Below are positions 17,344-26,496 of a stretch of 42,041 bases of DNA, piece after piece. Location of the stretch: NCBI GenBank assembly GCA_035341815.1, contig DAOQVZ010000005.1:1-42041 (forward strand), in the 5' to 3' direction. Under the pieces are notes generated by a model. It was given only the letters and a program-made list of their open reading frames with translations. It ran no database searches and was not told where the DNA came from. Each line of letters opens with the position of its first letter. Within the stretch, counting starts at the first letter, position 1. The translations under genes were made by a program, and so were the position numbers. Source of the stretch: a bacterium (lineage in GTDB: Bacteria > Ratteibacteria > UBA8468 > B48-G9 > JAFGKM01).

Positions 17344-18093
17344 TCAGTATGTTGTATACAGGTCTCTCAATGTTGTAGCAGAACCATTCGTGCAGTTTGG
17401 AACATTCTCCTGATACAGAATTCGGTACTGCGTGGTAGCATTAGGCTCCCTGTTATACGAAGGCGCCCACTTTGCATGGCCTCCCACGTACAACACGTTC
17501 ACGCCGTCCCATGAATGGTTGAAATAATTGAAAAGGCGTAATTGAGTGCCGCCGGGAAACTGGCCGGAATGATACCATTTGTATCCCGACGCATAACCTG
17601 CCTTGGTATCAGCCATAATTGCAGTATCAGAGTGCGTCTGTAGATTGAGCCCGTAAGCGTACGCATAAGAACAGGTGCCGGTCTGGGTCTGGTAAGCTCC
17701 GTCAGTACGTACAATAAGCCTCCCTGGCACGGTTGTCGAAGGTTTGTCAAATGTGCTCGGGCATATAAAAAGCTTGGCATCGGCGATGTAGGCCGGCGAT
17801 TCCAGAGCGTTGCTAGTAGGGTCGGTTTGCCCCGTGAGCAAAGCCAGTGACCTGTTAGTCTTTGAATAAGCACTCTGCCCTGTTCTCTCGTCGAGAATCG
17901 GGAACCATCCTCCCCAGTCTCCCGCGTAGATTTGCAGAGCCAGCCCAAGTTGCTTTAGATTTGTTATGCAGACTCCCCTTCTCGCTTTCTCCCTTGCCCT
18001 TGCAAGAGCGGGCAGAAGCATTGCTGCCAAAATTGCAATTATAGCTATCACCACAAGCAGCTCTATCAATGTAAATCCATTTTTCTTACCCAT
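17344..18093 (-). CDS. Second prepilin-type / DUF1559-like pseudopilin (degenerate H-X-GG motif)
   Basis: [30 protein letters not shown]; the C-terminal [14 protein letters not shown] is a degenerate motif. Start set at ATG 18093 (purine-rich GGGGGTGAG upstream) rather than ORF-track 18126. Confidence 0.88.
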   Translation of the reverse strand: MGKKNGFTLIELLVVIAIIAILAAMLLPALARAREKARRGVCITNLKQLGLALQIYAGDWGGWFPILDERTGQSAYSKTNRSLALLTGQTDPTSNALESPAYIADAKLFICPSTFDKPSTTVPGRLIVRTDGAYQTQTGTCSYAYAYGLNLQTHSDTAIMADTKAGYASGYKWYHSGQFPGGTQLRLFNYFNHSWDGVNVLYVGGHAKWAPSYNREPNATTQYRILYQENVPNCTNGSATTLRDLYTTY

Positions 18094-18191
18094 CTGTTTC
18101 TCACCCCCTCGTTTTTCAACATTCATTTTTGCCTGTTAATTTTCTTTCAATATATAACTTCTATTATCTTTATTATATTTCTTTATTACTC

Positions 18192-18219
18192 ATCTTAACA
18201 TATATATTTTTTTTGTCAA
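18192..18219 (-). promoter_or_regulatory. Candidate promoter for the pseudopilin pair
   Basis: Minus strand: TTGACA (18219-18214), 16-nt spacer, TAAGAT (18197-18192), inside a very AT-rich tract. Confidence 0.4.
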
Positions 18220-18303
18220 GTTAATTGTTCAATATTTTATTATGTTTATTTTAACTTACCTTACTTTTTGCTTTCTTATTTTATCACTTTAGTTATTTTT
18301 TGA

Positions 18304-18332
18304 TTGACAAAACAGAAAGTATTAAATATAAT
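18304..18332 (+). promoter_or_regulatory. Perfect consensus sigma-70 promoter for the 1167-aa beta-helix gene
   Basis: TTGACA (18304-18309), exactly 17 nt, TATAAT (18327-18332). It leaves a ~125-nt leader before ATG 18462. Confidence 0.7.
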
Positions 18333-18461
18333 GTTTTAAAAATGCGTTAATTGGCGGTGCACCCGTGGGCACGGCCCGTGTCTTTCCTCCTTAGCAAAAT
18401 TATGCCCTACTGAGATTTAGAGCAGAGGGACCAGCGAAGGGGATAAACAAGAGGACCTAAA

Positions 18462-21400
18462 ATGAAAAAAGTTACAGGAATATTGGTTTTTCTGCTTTTT
18501 TTGCTCTCATTTACAGGGGTGATTGGAAACGGAGAACCAGAATCGCAGTTTGGCAGCATGGAGAATGTTGCCGAGAAAGACATTTTTTCCAAAGCAGACA
18601 GTTATATAGAAGAAGGAGATTATGAAAGCGCACGTAAAGAATATGCAAAACTCAAAAACCTTGCCGCCTTTGGAAAGGAACTCGCACTTTTCAATATAGC
18701 TGAAAGTTACAGGCTGGAAAAAAATTATGCAAGATTTCACAGAACCTGCAACGAGATTTTGAAAATTGACAACCTGACGTCATATTACCGCATCTACTGC
18801 CTGTTCCGGCAGGCAGAGGCATATCTTGAAAAGAAGGATTATAAAAGGGCAAGGAAACTATACGGGCAAATTATTAAGACAGAAGGTGCGCTTTACCACC
18901 ACATCTTCACTGCCAGGCTTAAAATTGGAGACACATGCAGGGCAGAACGCAGGTATTCAACTGCAAGGGACATATATGCAAAGTTGTTAAGGGAACAGGA
19001 GAATTCTGAATATCCACATGACGGGTACAGGCTTGAGTTGAGGGACAGGCTTGAAATGATAGACGGATTACCTGACGGAAAGACAGAAACAGGCCGGCAG
19101 GAAAAATGGATGAAGTTAATAAACAGTCCGAAGAACGAGATATACGTGGCAGGTGGAGTTTCGGATAAAGAGGGTAAAGGCGATGACACAAATGACGGCA
19201 CGAAAGAAAAACCGTTTGCCACAATTAAAAGGGCGCAGGAAGAGGCAAGGAAGCTGAAAAAAAACGGCATGCCAAAAGGCGGAATAGCGGTCTATCTGAG
19301 AGGCGGAAAGTATTTCCTGACAGAGAGCATCTCTTTTGAAAAAGAAGATTCCGGCACAAAAGAGTCGCCTGTGGTATACAGGAATTATCCGGGGGAAGAG
19401 GTCAGGCTCATAGGGGGAACACAAATCAAAAACCTCATGATTCTCAATGACACTGATATCATGAAAAAGCTTCCCGAAGAAGCAAGAGGCAAGGTCTGGA
19501 CAGCTGACCTTAAGGAATCAGGGATAACCGACTATGGCAAGATGGCAAACAGGGGAAGCGAACGAAATGCGTTTTCATACATACTTGAGCTTTTTTGCAA
19601 TGGAAAACCGATGCACCTGGCACGCTGGCCCAACGAAGGCTATGCAAGAGTTGCAAGCCTTGTTATGCCAGAAGGGGACGGCTTAATACCGGGAATCCCG
19701 GCGCCGAGGGGATATTATCAGAATCTCAGGTTCTGTTATTCCGGAGACAGGCCGGAAAGGTGGACAGAAGAAAATGATATATGGATACAGGGTTATTTTT
19801 CAAAGGAGTATTACAAGGTCCATACTAAAATTGTTTCAATAGAGACAGAAAAGAAAATAATAAATATGGCTCCCGATATGCGTTATGCCAGGGCAAACAC
19901 AAAGTATCATCTGGTAAGAGTCAAAGTAAACGCACCCTATTATGTGTATAATGTTTTGAGCGAAATTGATACGCCTGGCGAATGGTACCTTGACAGAGAG
20001 ACGGGAAAACTCTATTTTTACCCTCCTGATGATATCGAATCAAGCGAGGTTGTAGTCTCCACACTGAATACCCCGATTGTCCGGATAGATAACGCTTCGA
20101 ACATTGTGCTTTTCGGACTGATAATGGAGGTTACCCGCAGCCACGGCGTAGAGATAAGAAACGGCAGCAGTAATCTTATAGCCGGCAGTACAATAAGAAA
20201 CACTGAACAGTGGGCTGTAATGATAGATAACGGGTGGAACAACTCGATTGTCGGCTGCGACATGTCAGGAATGGGAGAAGGAGGTGTTTCTCTTAACGGG
20301 GGAGACAGAAAAAAACTCATACCTGCGGGGCATATAGTTGAGAACAACCATGTACACCATTTCAACAGGTTTGATGGCGGTTACAGGCAGGGGGTCAAGA
20401 TAGACGGCATCGGTCAGAGAGTTTCCCATAACCTCATACACGATACGCCTCTGCAGGCGATATATTTTAACGCCAACGACCATGTCATAGAGTTTAACGA
20501 GCTGCATGATGTCTGCCATGAAGGCAGGGAACTGGGAGCGGTATACATATACGGAGAACCATGGTACCTTATGAGCAGGGGCAATGTGATAAGAAATAAT
20601 TTTCTCCACCACATAAGCTACCACGCTTCCCCCAATCTCACCCAGGGGCTAAATGCCATACACATAGACGCAATAAACGGAGGGCTTGTTATAGAAAAAA
20701 ATTTCTTTTACAGGTTTCCCAGGGGAATAGCAAACCCGCAGCCGGAAAACCGCATTGAAAACAATCTATTTATAGAAGCAGAGGTGCACAGCATAGCACA
20801 GGGCAACAGGTCCGGACTTTTCAATAAAGGAGACGGAACTCCCCTGTTTGACAGAATAGATACACTGTTTGACAGGTATCTTAAAACCGTAAGATTCCAG
20901 CAGCCGCCATGGAGTTACAGGTATCCCCATGTGGCAAACATGCTGTCAGGCAGGTATCCTGTCGGCTGGACAAAGGACAATGTCATCGAGAGAAATATTA
21001 ACACGGGCGGTCCTTTCATGGTTGTTGCGCAGGGAGTAAGCATGGATGAAAATGTCATAAGTAATAACTGGAACGGAGACAACCCGATGTTTTTTGACAG
21101 GGGAAAAATGGATTTCAGGCTCAGGCCAGGCTCTCCGGTTTACGGGCTTACTGGATGCGAACCCCTCGCAACCGGAGATATAGGCGTTTACGAAAGCCCT
21201 ATGCGCGCAAGCTGGCCGGTGAAGAGAGACAAGGAAGACATCGGTAAATATTTCAGGGCTGACTGGTCTCCCATGACAGCGCTCGTTGAAAACACGCTGA
21301 TGGGCCCGCTGAAAAGAGTCAGCCCGCCTGCCGATTACAGCATCCCTCTCAGAAAAGCACCCATTAATATAGACGGAAAACTGGAAAAGGAGGAATGGGC

Positions 21401-21965
21401 AGGACTGGATATGAATAAAGCCATGGTGATAAACCAATATCATACAGGTGAAAAAAAAGAAGGTGCAAAAAGCTTCGCCTGGCTTATGTATGATGCCGAC
21501 AACCTTTATATCGGAGTGAAAAATGAGCCGGACCCTTACAGGGAAGGGATGCGCCTCAAGGCAAAAAGTCACACACCGCTGATGGAGATTGCATTGGAAA
21601 GCCAGAACGGACCCCACGGAGAAGGATGGTGGCTGGATGATAATGTGACAGGTCCGATTTTTTCAATCTTTTGCCGTTACAACGGAGATATGACCGTCAA
21701 CAACCTTTTCGGGATGCCATACGAGATGGCAAGGAAAATCGAAAAATCGTCGGAATACAAAGTTTCTATTCATGACGAAGAAAACAAGGTATGGACAGCG
21801 GAGATAAAGATACCTTTTGCTTCCGTTGGCATCAACCCTTTTGAAGTGACACAGCTGTGTTTTAATCTCGGGGTATCAAAAAAAGCAGGATGGTTTGCAT
21901 GGATAGCTACAGGCAATACGATATGGCGCGTTGAAAACGCAGGATATATCAAATTTGCCAGATAA
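18462..21965 (+). CDS. Giant secreted protein: TPR-like repeats, right-handed beta-helix, CBM9-like C-terminus (paralog of 11725-16254 lacking the LamG domain)
   Basis: 1167 aa with signal peptide MKKVTGILVFLLFLLSFTGVIG. It is colinear with the 1509-aa protein from ADSYIEEGDYESAR to the end (PFATIKRAQEE..., QPPWSYRYP, IDGKLEKEEW). A 27-nt stretch is identical at 15220-15246 and 20901-20927. Confidence 0.9.
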   Translation: MKKVTGILVFLLFLLSFTGVIGNGEPESQFGSMENVAEKDIFSKADSYIEEGDYESARKEYAKLKNLAAFGKELALFNIAESYRLEKNYARFHRTCNEILKIDNLTSYYRIYCLFRQAEAYLEKKDYKRARKLYGQIIKTEGALYHHIFTARLKIGDTCRAERRYSTARDIYAKLLREQENSEYPHDGYRLELRDRLEMIDGLPDGKTETGRQEKWMKLINSPKNEIYVAGGVSDKEGKGDDTNDGTKEKPFATIKRAQEEARKLKKNGMPKGGIAVYLRGGKYFLTESISFEKEDSGTKESPVVYRNYPGEEVRLIGGTQIKNLMILNDTDIMKKLPEEARGKVWTADLKESGITDYGKMANRGSERNAFSYILELFCNGKPMHLARWPNEGYARVASLVMPEGDGLIPGIPAPRGYYQNLRFCYSGDRPERWTEENDIWIQGYFSKEYYKVHTKIVSIETEKKIINMAPDMRYARANTKYHLVRVKVNAPYYVYNVLSEIDTPGEWYLDRETGKLYFYPPDDIESSEVVVSTLNTPIVRIDNASNIVLFGLIMEVTRSHGVEIRNGSSNLIAGSTIRNTEQWAVMIDNGWNNSIVGCDMSGMGEGGVSLNGGDRKKLIPAGHIVENNHVHHFNRFDGGYRQGVKIDGIGQRVSHNLIHDTPLQAIYFNANDHVIEFNELHDVCHEGRELGAVYIYGEPWYLMSRGNVIRNNFLHHISYHASPNLTQGLNAIHIDAINGGLVIEKNFFYRFPRGIANPQPENRIENNLFIEAEVHSIAQGNRSGLFNKGDGTPLFDRIDTLFDRYLKTVRFQQPPWSYRYPHVANMLSGRYPVGWTKDNVIERNINTGGPFMVVAQGVSMDENVISNNWNGDNPMFFDRGKMDFRLRPGSPVYGLTGCEPLATGDIGVYESPMRASWPVKRDKEDIGKYFRADWSPMTALVENTLMGPLKRVSPPADYSIPLRKAPINIDGKLEKEEWAGLDMNKAMVINQYHTGEKKEGAKSFAWLMYDADNLYIGVKNEPDPYREGMRLKAKSHTPLMEIALESQNGPHGEGWWLDDNVTGPIFSIFCRYNGDMTVNNLFGMPYEMARKIEKSSEYKVSIHDEENKVWTAEIKIPFASVGINPFEVTQLCFNLGVSKKAGWFAWIATGNTIWRVENAGYIKFAR

Positions 21966-22048
21966 ATACCGGCGTTTGTGCAGAAAACAGAGGCGGTCTT
22001 CCAGAATTAAAGAATTACAGAAAACTGTACGATAAATTAGTGCAATTT

Positions 22049-22077
22049 TTTGAAATAAAACATTAAAAAGAGTAGAA
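22049..22077 (+). promoter_or_regulatory. Sigma-70-type promoter for the 1328-aa gene
   Basis: TTGAAA (22049-22054), 17 nt, TAGAAT (22072-22077). RBS AAGGGAGG precedes ATG 22106. Confidence 0.55.
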
Positions 22078-22105
22078 TTATCTCATTTGAACTAAGGGAG
22101 GTTTT

Positions 22106-25100
22106 ATGAGGATAAAAAAACATATTGCGTTAATTATACTGTTTTTGTCTGCTGTTGTCTGCAGCGGAGCCGCAGGCACCTTTCCCATCTCAGTCAACGA
22201 TTCATCCGGGCTTGATTCTCCCTGGCCACTGATAACAGGCATTCCCTTTCCGAAAGGTGAAATCAAGGATTCCTCAACTATACGCATAATGAGCGGCAGC
22301 AGCGAAATACCTTCACAGGTGGACGTGGCTGCAACCTGGCACGACGGAAGCATACGCTGGATACTGGCGGGATTTACGTCTTCTCCCCAGGGTAATTACA
22401 TGGTTGAATACGGCACGGGAATAAAGAGAAAAGAATATCCCAATCCTCTGAAAGTGGACAGGCAGGCAGACGGCGGTTTTACCGTGGATACGGGGGCTGC
22501 CGTTTACCAGTTTGATGCCGATAAATTGCTCCCTGAAAATGCATGGCTTGTATCGGGCGGCAAAAGAATTTCAATACTTAAAGGTTCAGGAGCTGGAGCA
22601 TATCTGGTTGACAACTCCGGCAGAATGGCAAGGGTTTCCGGACAGGCGGCCGAAATAGAAAACCGTTTTCTCAAGGAAGGGCCAGGAAGGATTGTACTTA
22701 AACGTTCGGGGTGGTACGTAACCCAACAGGGAGAGAAGCTGGCAAAGGCCGATATATGGATATACCTTGCCGCGGGCACCCCTTATTTGAGAATAACCCA
22801 TTCCATCGTCTTCACACAAGATACCAACAAGGTATGGTTCAAAGACTACGGTTTGGAATTTAAGACTCCCTCATCTCCGGCGGATGTATATTGCGCCATG
22901 GGAGAACAGGGGAAAGAAGAAGTCAGGAAGGTTACTGCAGGAGGTAACGAGGTATACCTTTTGCAGGACTCCTATCCCCATTTTGCGGAAAGAGAATCAA
23001 AGGGAGCGATAGGCAGGTCGGCAGGCGGCAGGGACGCTGCAATAGAAAATATAGAGATGGCAGGCGACTGGGCATACGGAGATTACGGCAGTTATGGAAT
23101 AACCCTTGTTATGCCATGGCTGGCAGAGAGGTTTCCCAAGGAGATTTCGTTCGGTCCGGGAGGAGCGCGTGCGGTATTATGGTCAGGCAGAAGCGGCAGG
23201 GAACTGGACTTCAGGGCAAAAACAATAGTTAAAGAATACCTCCAGGAATGGGCAACGGTAATGTTTAAAAACCCGGGCGAAAAAGAACTTGATGCCGTAA
23301 AGAGCAACGCGCAGGGAGCGGCGAGAACCCACGACATATGGTTTTTGCCGACGGCAGGCGGTTACGGAAAGGAATCGGTGGAAAAACCGGCAGCCGCGGC
23401 ATCGAGACCGCCGCTTGTAATGGCAGATACAGTATGGACATGTAAAACCGAAGCCATGGGATACCCCATGCTGCATAAGGATACAAAACAGTTTCCCAAA
23501 GAAGAAGTGCTGCTTTCGGAATACTGGACCCGTTTTATCCTGCCTCTCGTCGCATTTCCCATGAACGGATATATGGCGTGGGGATGCTATCCTGACAGGA
23601 GTTACGGCTTTAGCAACGGCAAGGCAATGTCTCAGTTCCAGGTCATTTCAAGCCTGAGAGAGTACGGAGTCAGACGTGAGCCGTGGCGGCTTTACGCCCG
23701 CAGCGGGGAACGGCGCTATTACGACTGGGGATACCGTTTCAGCCGTTTTACTGGAGACTGGTACCTGATTCATGCGGATGCGCCCGGTAAATCAAAAGGC
23801 GCATTTATCCCGACTAAGTCAGGAGGCGGATTATCGGCTCGCCTGCCTTTATTCTGGGGAGAAGGTTCATGGACATTCATTATTGACGCGGGAGATATAG
23901 GACACTGGCTTTTGGATTATTACCTCACGGGAGACGAACGTTCTCTCGATTTGTTATACATGATAAAAGAATCATTCAAGAAGAATGGATGGCGGCTTAA
24001 GGGAGAGCCGGCTCAGTTTCACGCTACGGGAATCAGGAGCCTGGTAACGCTTATGATAATGGACTGGGATGAAGATGCCGTCAAAGCCGCCAAAGAAACC
24101 GTAAACGAGTTGGTTGACCTTAAGAGCCAGAACGGTGTAAGAATTTTTGAATTACACTACGGTTCTCAGTACAAGGACATGCGTACCAGCCATAACGTGC
24201 TGGAATATTACCTTGAAACGGGGGACGAACTTGCAAAAACGGCATTCCTGAAACTGATAGACCAGAGATACCGTTTTGACAGAAGATACAGGGCGGTTGC
24301 CTACAAGAATTATGACGCTTTCACCTATTCCATTGCCTACTGGATGACGGGCGACGAAAGATACAGGACAGTTGCAGAACAGGCAATGAGAGATATGCTC
24401 TATTACAATGAGCATCAATCCCTTTCAGAGGCGCTTGCCCAGAAACCCAAAAATATATTTGAATGGCCTAACATTTGGGTTAATCCCATCTATAAAGGTC
24501 CCAGGACAAATATGTTCCTCGGCCATCATGAATACCATAACCCTTTCATAGGGATACCGACAGTGTTGAAGCTGGTGGCTGAAAAAGGATGGAGCGGAAA
24601 AACGACTCCCCTTATGGTGAAACCGACAACGCTGCCCGAGGGTAAAATACTCTTTATGCACGAGAAGGGGAAAGAAACACAATTAAACGTATTGCTCATA
24701 ACGAAGGAGACGGAAATAAAACCTGCCGTTTCTTCCTACACCGGCAATATAACCGTAGAAGGAATAACAGCGGAGAAAGAACAACAGATGTCTTCCGGAC
24801 CGTATTTTAAGAAGAGGCCAAAGGAATTTCCGCCTTCAGACAGAAAAAGCTATTATGTCTCCATTACCGTTCCAGGAGAAACAGCAAGCGGTTTATACCT
24901 TCTTTCTTTTGCAGAAGAAGACACTTTCACCCTTCTGGATACAAACTCAAAGAAATCTGCTTTATACTGCCCCGAAGGTTTCTGGTCCGTCTCCATTGGG
25001 GAACATTCGGGAGAAAAATCCTATGGCCGCTCGGGGGAAGGCATGCCCGCGTTTTTCAGGGTGCCGGACAACCTCAAGGAACTGGAAATTTTCATGGGAC

Positions 25101-26092
25101 GTCCCGCAAGGATAAAATCTCCCGACGGTTCAATCGCCATAGAATGGTCAAACAATAATATAGGAAAGATTAAGGTACCGGCAGAAGGCAAAGGAGGTAT
25201 ATGGAGCGTGGATTATCATATATATACCTTTACAGGTATCTCCGTACCTGTTTTCATTAGACTGCTGAACGTAGAACCCGTGGTAGCCTTCGGCTCTCCG
25301 GCGCTTCTCCCTGAAAGTTCAGGCAGGTTGCCTGAAAAACCGAAGGATGTACCCGCGCCGGCAGCGCCCATGGAGTTTGTTGCGGGGATATCTGGCAAGG
25401 CGGCAAGGCTATCAGGCAGCCGCACACTGACTTTTGACAGGGGAGAAAAAATTGCAAAAGGAGGATACGCAAATTTCCCGGGAACAACAGGAACTGTTGA
25501 ATTCTGGTTCAAGGCGGACCGTAACACCTGGGAGATACCCATGGAGATGATGCAGACAATCAATAACACATTCTTGAAGGGACCCCATATTGTCATGCTG
25601 CACAGTTACTATGGACTTGCTCATTTTGTATCCGTTAACAGCTCGTTGATGGTCAGGCTCATGGAAAAAGGGAAAGCAGTCTCTCCCACGGGGTTTGAAG
25701 GAGACCATTTTTTCAGGGCAGGCAGATGGACGCATATCGCATATACATGGGATATAAAAAAAGGCGCCTCCAACATGGAAGGAATACTGAACATATTTGT
25801 GGATGGTAAGAAGATTGGAGACGCAGGCGGAAGGTCAGCTCCATATCCCATAAAGCCATTGGAGAATACGAAGATATTCGAGCTTGCGGATGAAGGCGAA
25901 AAAATTGAAATAGGGCCTTTTGACGGGACCATGGATATGCTGCGCATCTCCGATAATGTGCGTTACGCGGAAGATTTCGCGCCGTCAAGGACAGCGCCTG
26001 CGGTGGACGCCAATACAAGGGCTCTTTTTCTCTTTGACGGCAATCTCAGAGGGACTTCTGCATTATCCGGGATAGCCATTGAGGCAAAATAA
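22106..26092 (+). CDS. Giant secreted protein: N-terminal beta domains, central alpha/alpha-toroid-like region, beta-sandwich, C-terminal LamG domain (tentatively PcRGLX/YetA-like polysaccharide lyase architecture)
   Basis: 1328 aa with signal peptide. N-terminal pattern PLITGIPFPKGEI...WHDGSIRWILAGF recalls, from memory, the RIFT-barrel start of PL26-like proteins. The helical region contains GDIGHWLLDYYLTGDERSLD. The LamG tail (about 25370-26089) has GTVEFWFKAD...RWTHIAYTWD...MDMLRISDNVRY. The family call is tentative. Confidence 0.85.
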   Translation: MRIKKHIALIILFLSAVVCSGAAGTFPISVNDSSGLDSPWPLITGIPFPKGEIKDSSTIRIMSGSSEIPSQVDVAATWHDGSIRWILAGFTSSPQGNYMVEYGTGIKRKEYPNPLKVDRQADGGFTVDTGAAVYQFDADKLLPENAWLVSGGKRISILKGSGAGAYLVDNSGRMARVSGQAAEIENRFLKEGPGRIVLKRSGWYVTQQGEKLAKADIWIYLAAGTPYLRITHSIVFTQDTNKVWFKDYGLEFKTPSSPADVYCAMGEQGKEEVRKVTAGGNEVYLLQDSYPHFAERESKGAIGRSAGGRDAAIENIEMAGDWAYGDYGSYGITLVMPWLAERFPKEISFGPGGARAVLWSGRSGRELDFRAKTIVKEYLQEWATVMFKNPGEKELDAVKSNAQGAARTHDIWFLPTAGGYGKESVEKPAAAASRPPLVMADTVWTCKTEAMGYPMLHKDTKQFPKEEVLLSEYWTRFILPLVAFPMNGYMAWGCYPDRSYGFSNGKAMSQFQVISSLREYGVRREPWRLYARSGERRYYDWGYRFSRFTGDWYLIHADAPGKSKGAFIPTKSGGGLSARLPLFWGEGSWTFIIDAGDIGHWLLDYYLTGDERSLDLLYMIKESFKKNGWRLKGEPAQFHATGIRSLVTLMIMDWDEDAVKAAKETVNELVDLKSQNGVRIFELHYGSQYKDMRTSHNVLEYYLETGDELAKTAFLKLIDQRYRFDRRYRAVAYKNYDAFTYSIAYWMTGDERYRTVAEQAMRDMLYYNEHQSLSEALAQKPKNIFEWPNIWVNPIYKGPRTNMFLGHHEYHNPFIGIPTVLKLVAEKGWSGKTTPLMVKPTTLPEGKILFMHEKGKETQLNVLLITKETEIKPAVSSYTGNITVEGITAEKEQQMSSGPYFKKRPKEFPPSDRKSYYVSITVPGETASGLYLLSFAEEDTFTLLDTNSKKSALYCPEGFWSVSIGEHSGEKSYGRSGEGMPAFFRVPDNLKELEIFMGRPARIKSPDGSIAIEWSNNNIGKIKVPAEGKGGIWSVDYHIYTFTGISVPVFIRLLNVEPVVAFGSPALLPESSGRLPEKPKDVPAPAAPMEFVAGISGKAARLSGSRTLTFDRGEKIAKGGYANFPGTTGTVEFWFKADRNTWEIPMEMMQTINNTFLKGPHIVMLHSYYGLAHFVSVNSSLMVRLMEKGKAVSPTGFEGDHFFRAGRWTHIAYTWDIKKGASNMEGILNIFVDGKKIGDAGGRSAPYPIKPLENTKIFELADEGEKIEIGPFDGTMDMLRISDNVRYAEDFAPSRTAPAVDANTRALFLFDGNLRGTSALSGIAIEAK

Positions 26093-26180
26093 GAAACATT
26101 TATTTCAGCATGGTAGAAAACGCTTGTTTGCCATTATGAACCTGGTTACCATGGAAGGATTTCAGAATCTGAAAGTGAGA

Positions 26181-26215
26181 TCCTGAATAGAAGCTTTTCA
26201 GGATGACAAGCTTAA
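26181..26215 (+). repeat. Copy 1 of a ~35-bp hairpin-containing repeat (TCCTGAATAGAAGCTTTTCAGGATGACAAGCTTAA)
   Basis: Matches 28305-28339 with 2 mismatches, same orientation. The core CCTGAA...TTCAGG can form a stem-loop. Weaker similarity extends ~9 nt further upstream. Confidence 0.85.
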
Positions 26216-26221
26216 AAAAGT

Positions 26222-26490
26222 GTATCACAGGAGAGTTTCCCTGAAATACCCGGGATAAATACCGGAAAAACCCGGGACAAGCCCCTCACCTTGGGAAAAT
26301 ATCAAGGAAGAGTTCGGGACAAGCGGGGTAAAAGTAAAAGAGGTAAATCATAACCCCTCACAAGAGGGAAAATCAAGAACTCCTCACCATGAAAGAAATT
26401 CAAGGAGAGTTCGGGGTAAAGAAACTGAAAAACAAAATCATGAACCCCTCACCTTGAAAAAAATATCACAGGAGAGTTCGGGGTAAAGGA
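26222..26490 (+). repeat. Degenerate tandem repeat array (CCCCTCACC...ATATCA(A/C)GGAGAGTTCGGGG units) upstream of the amidohydrolase gene
   Basis: Three good ~45-bp units at ~26281-26325, ~26380-26421 and ~26445-26488, plus partial units at 26222-26243 and 26353-26377. The last unit runs into the AAAGGAG RBS of ATG 26497. Confidence 0.75.
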
Positions 26491-26496
26491 GAAAAA

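Noticed and set aside
26222-26490. Possible CRISPR array
   Set aside because: The repeats are degenerate, their spacing is irregular, the spacers are themselves repeat-related, and no cas genes or leader are present. Treated as a degenerate tandem repeat instead.
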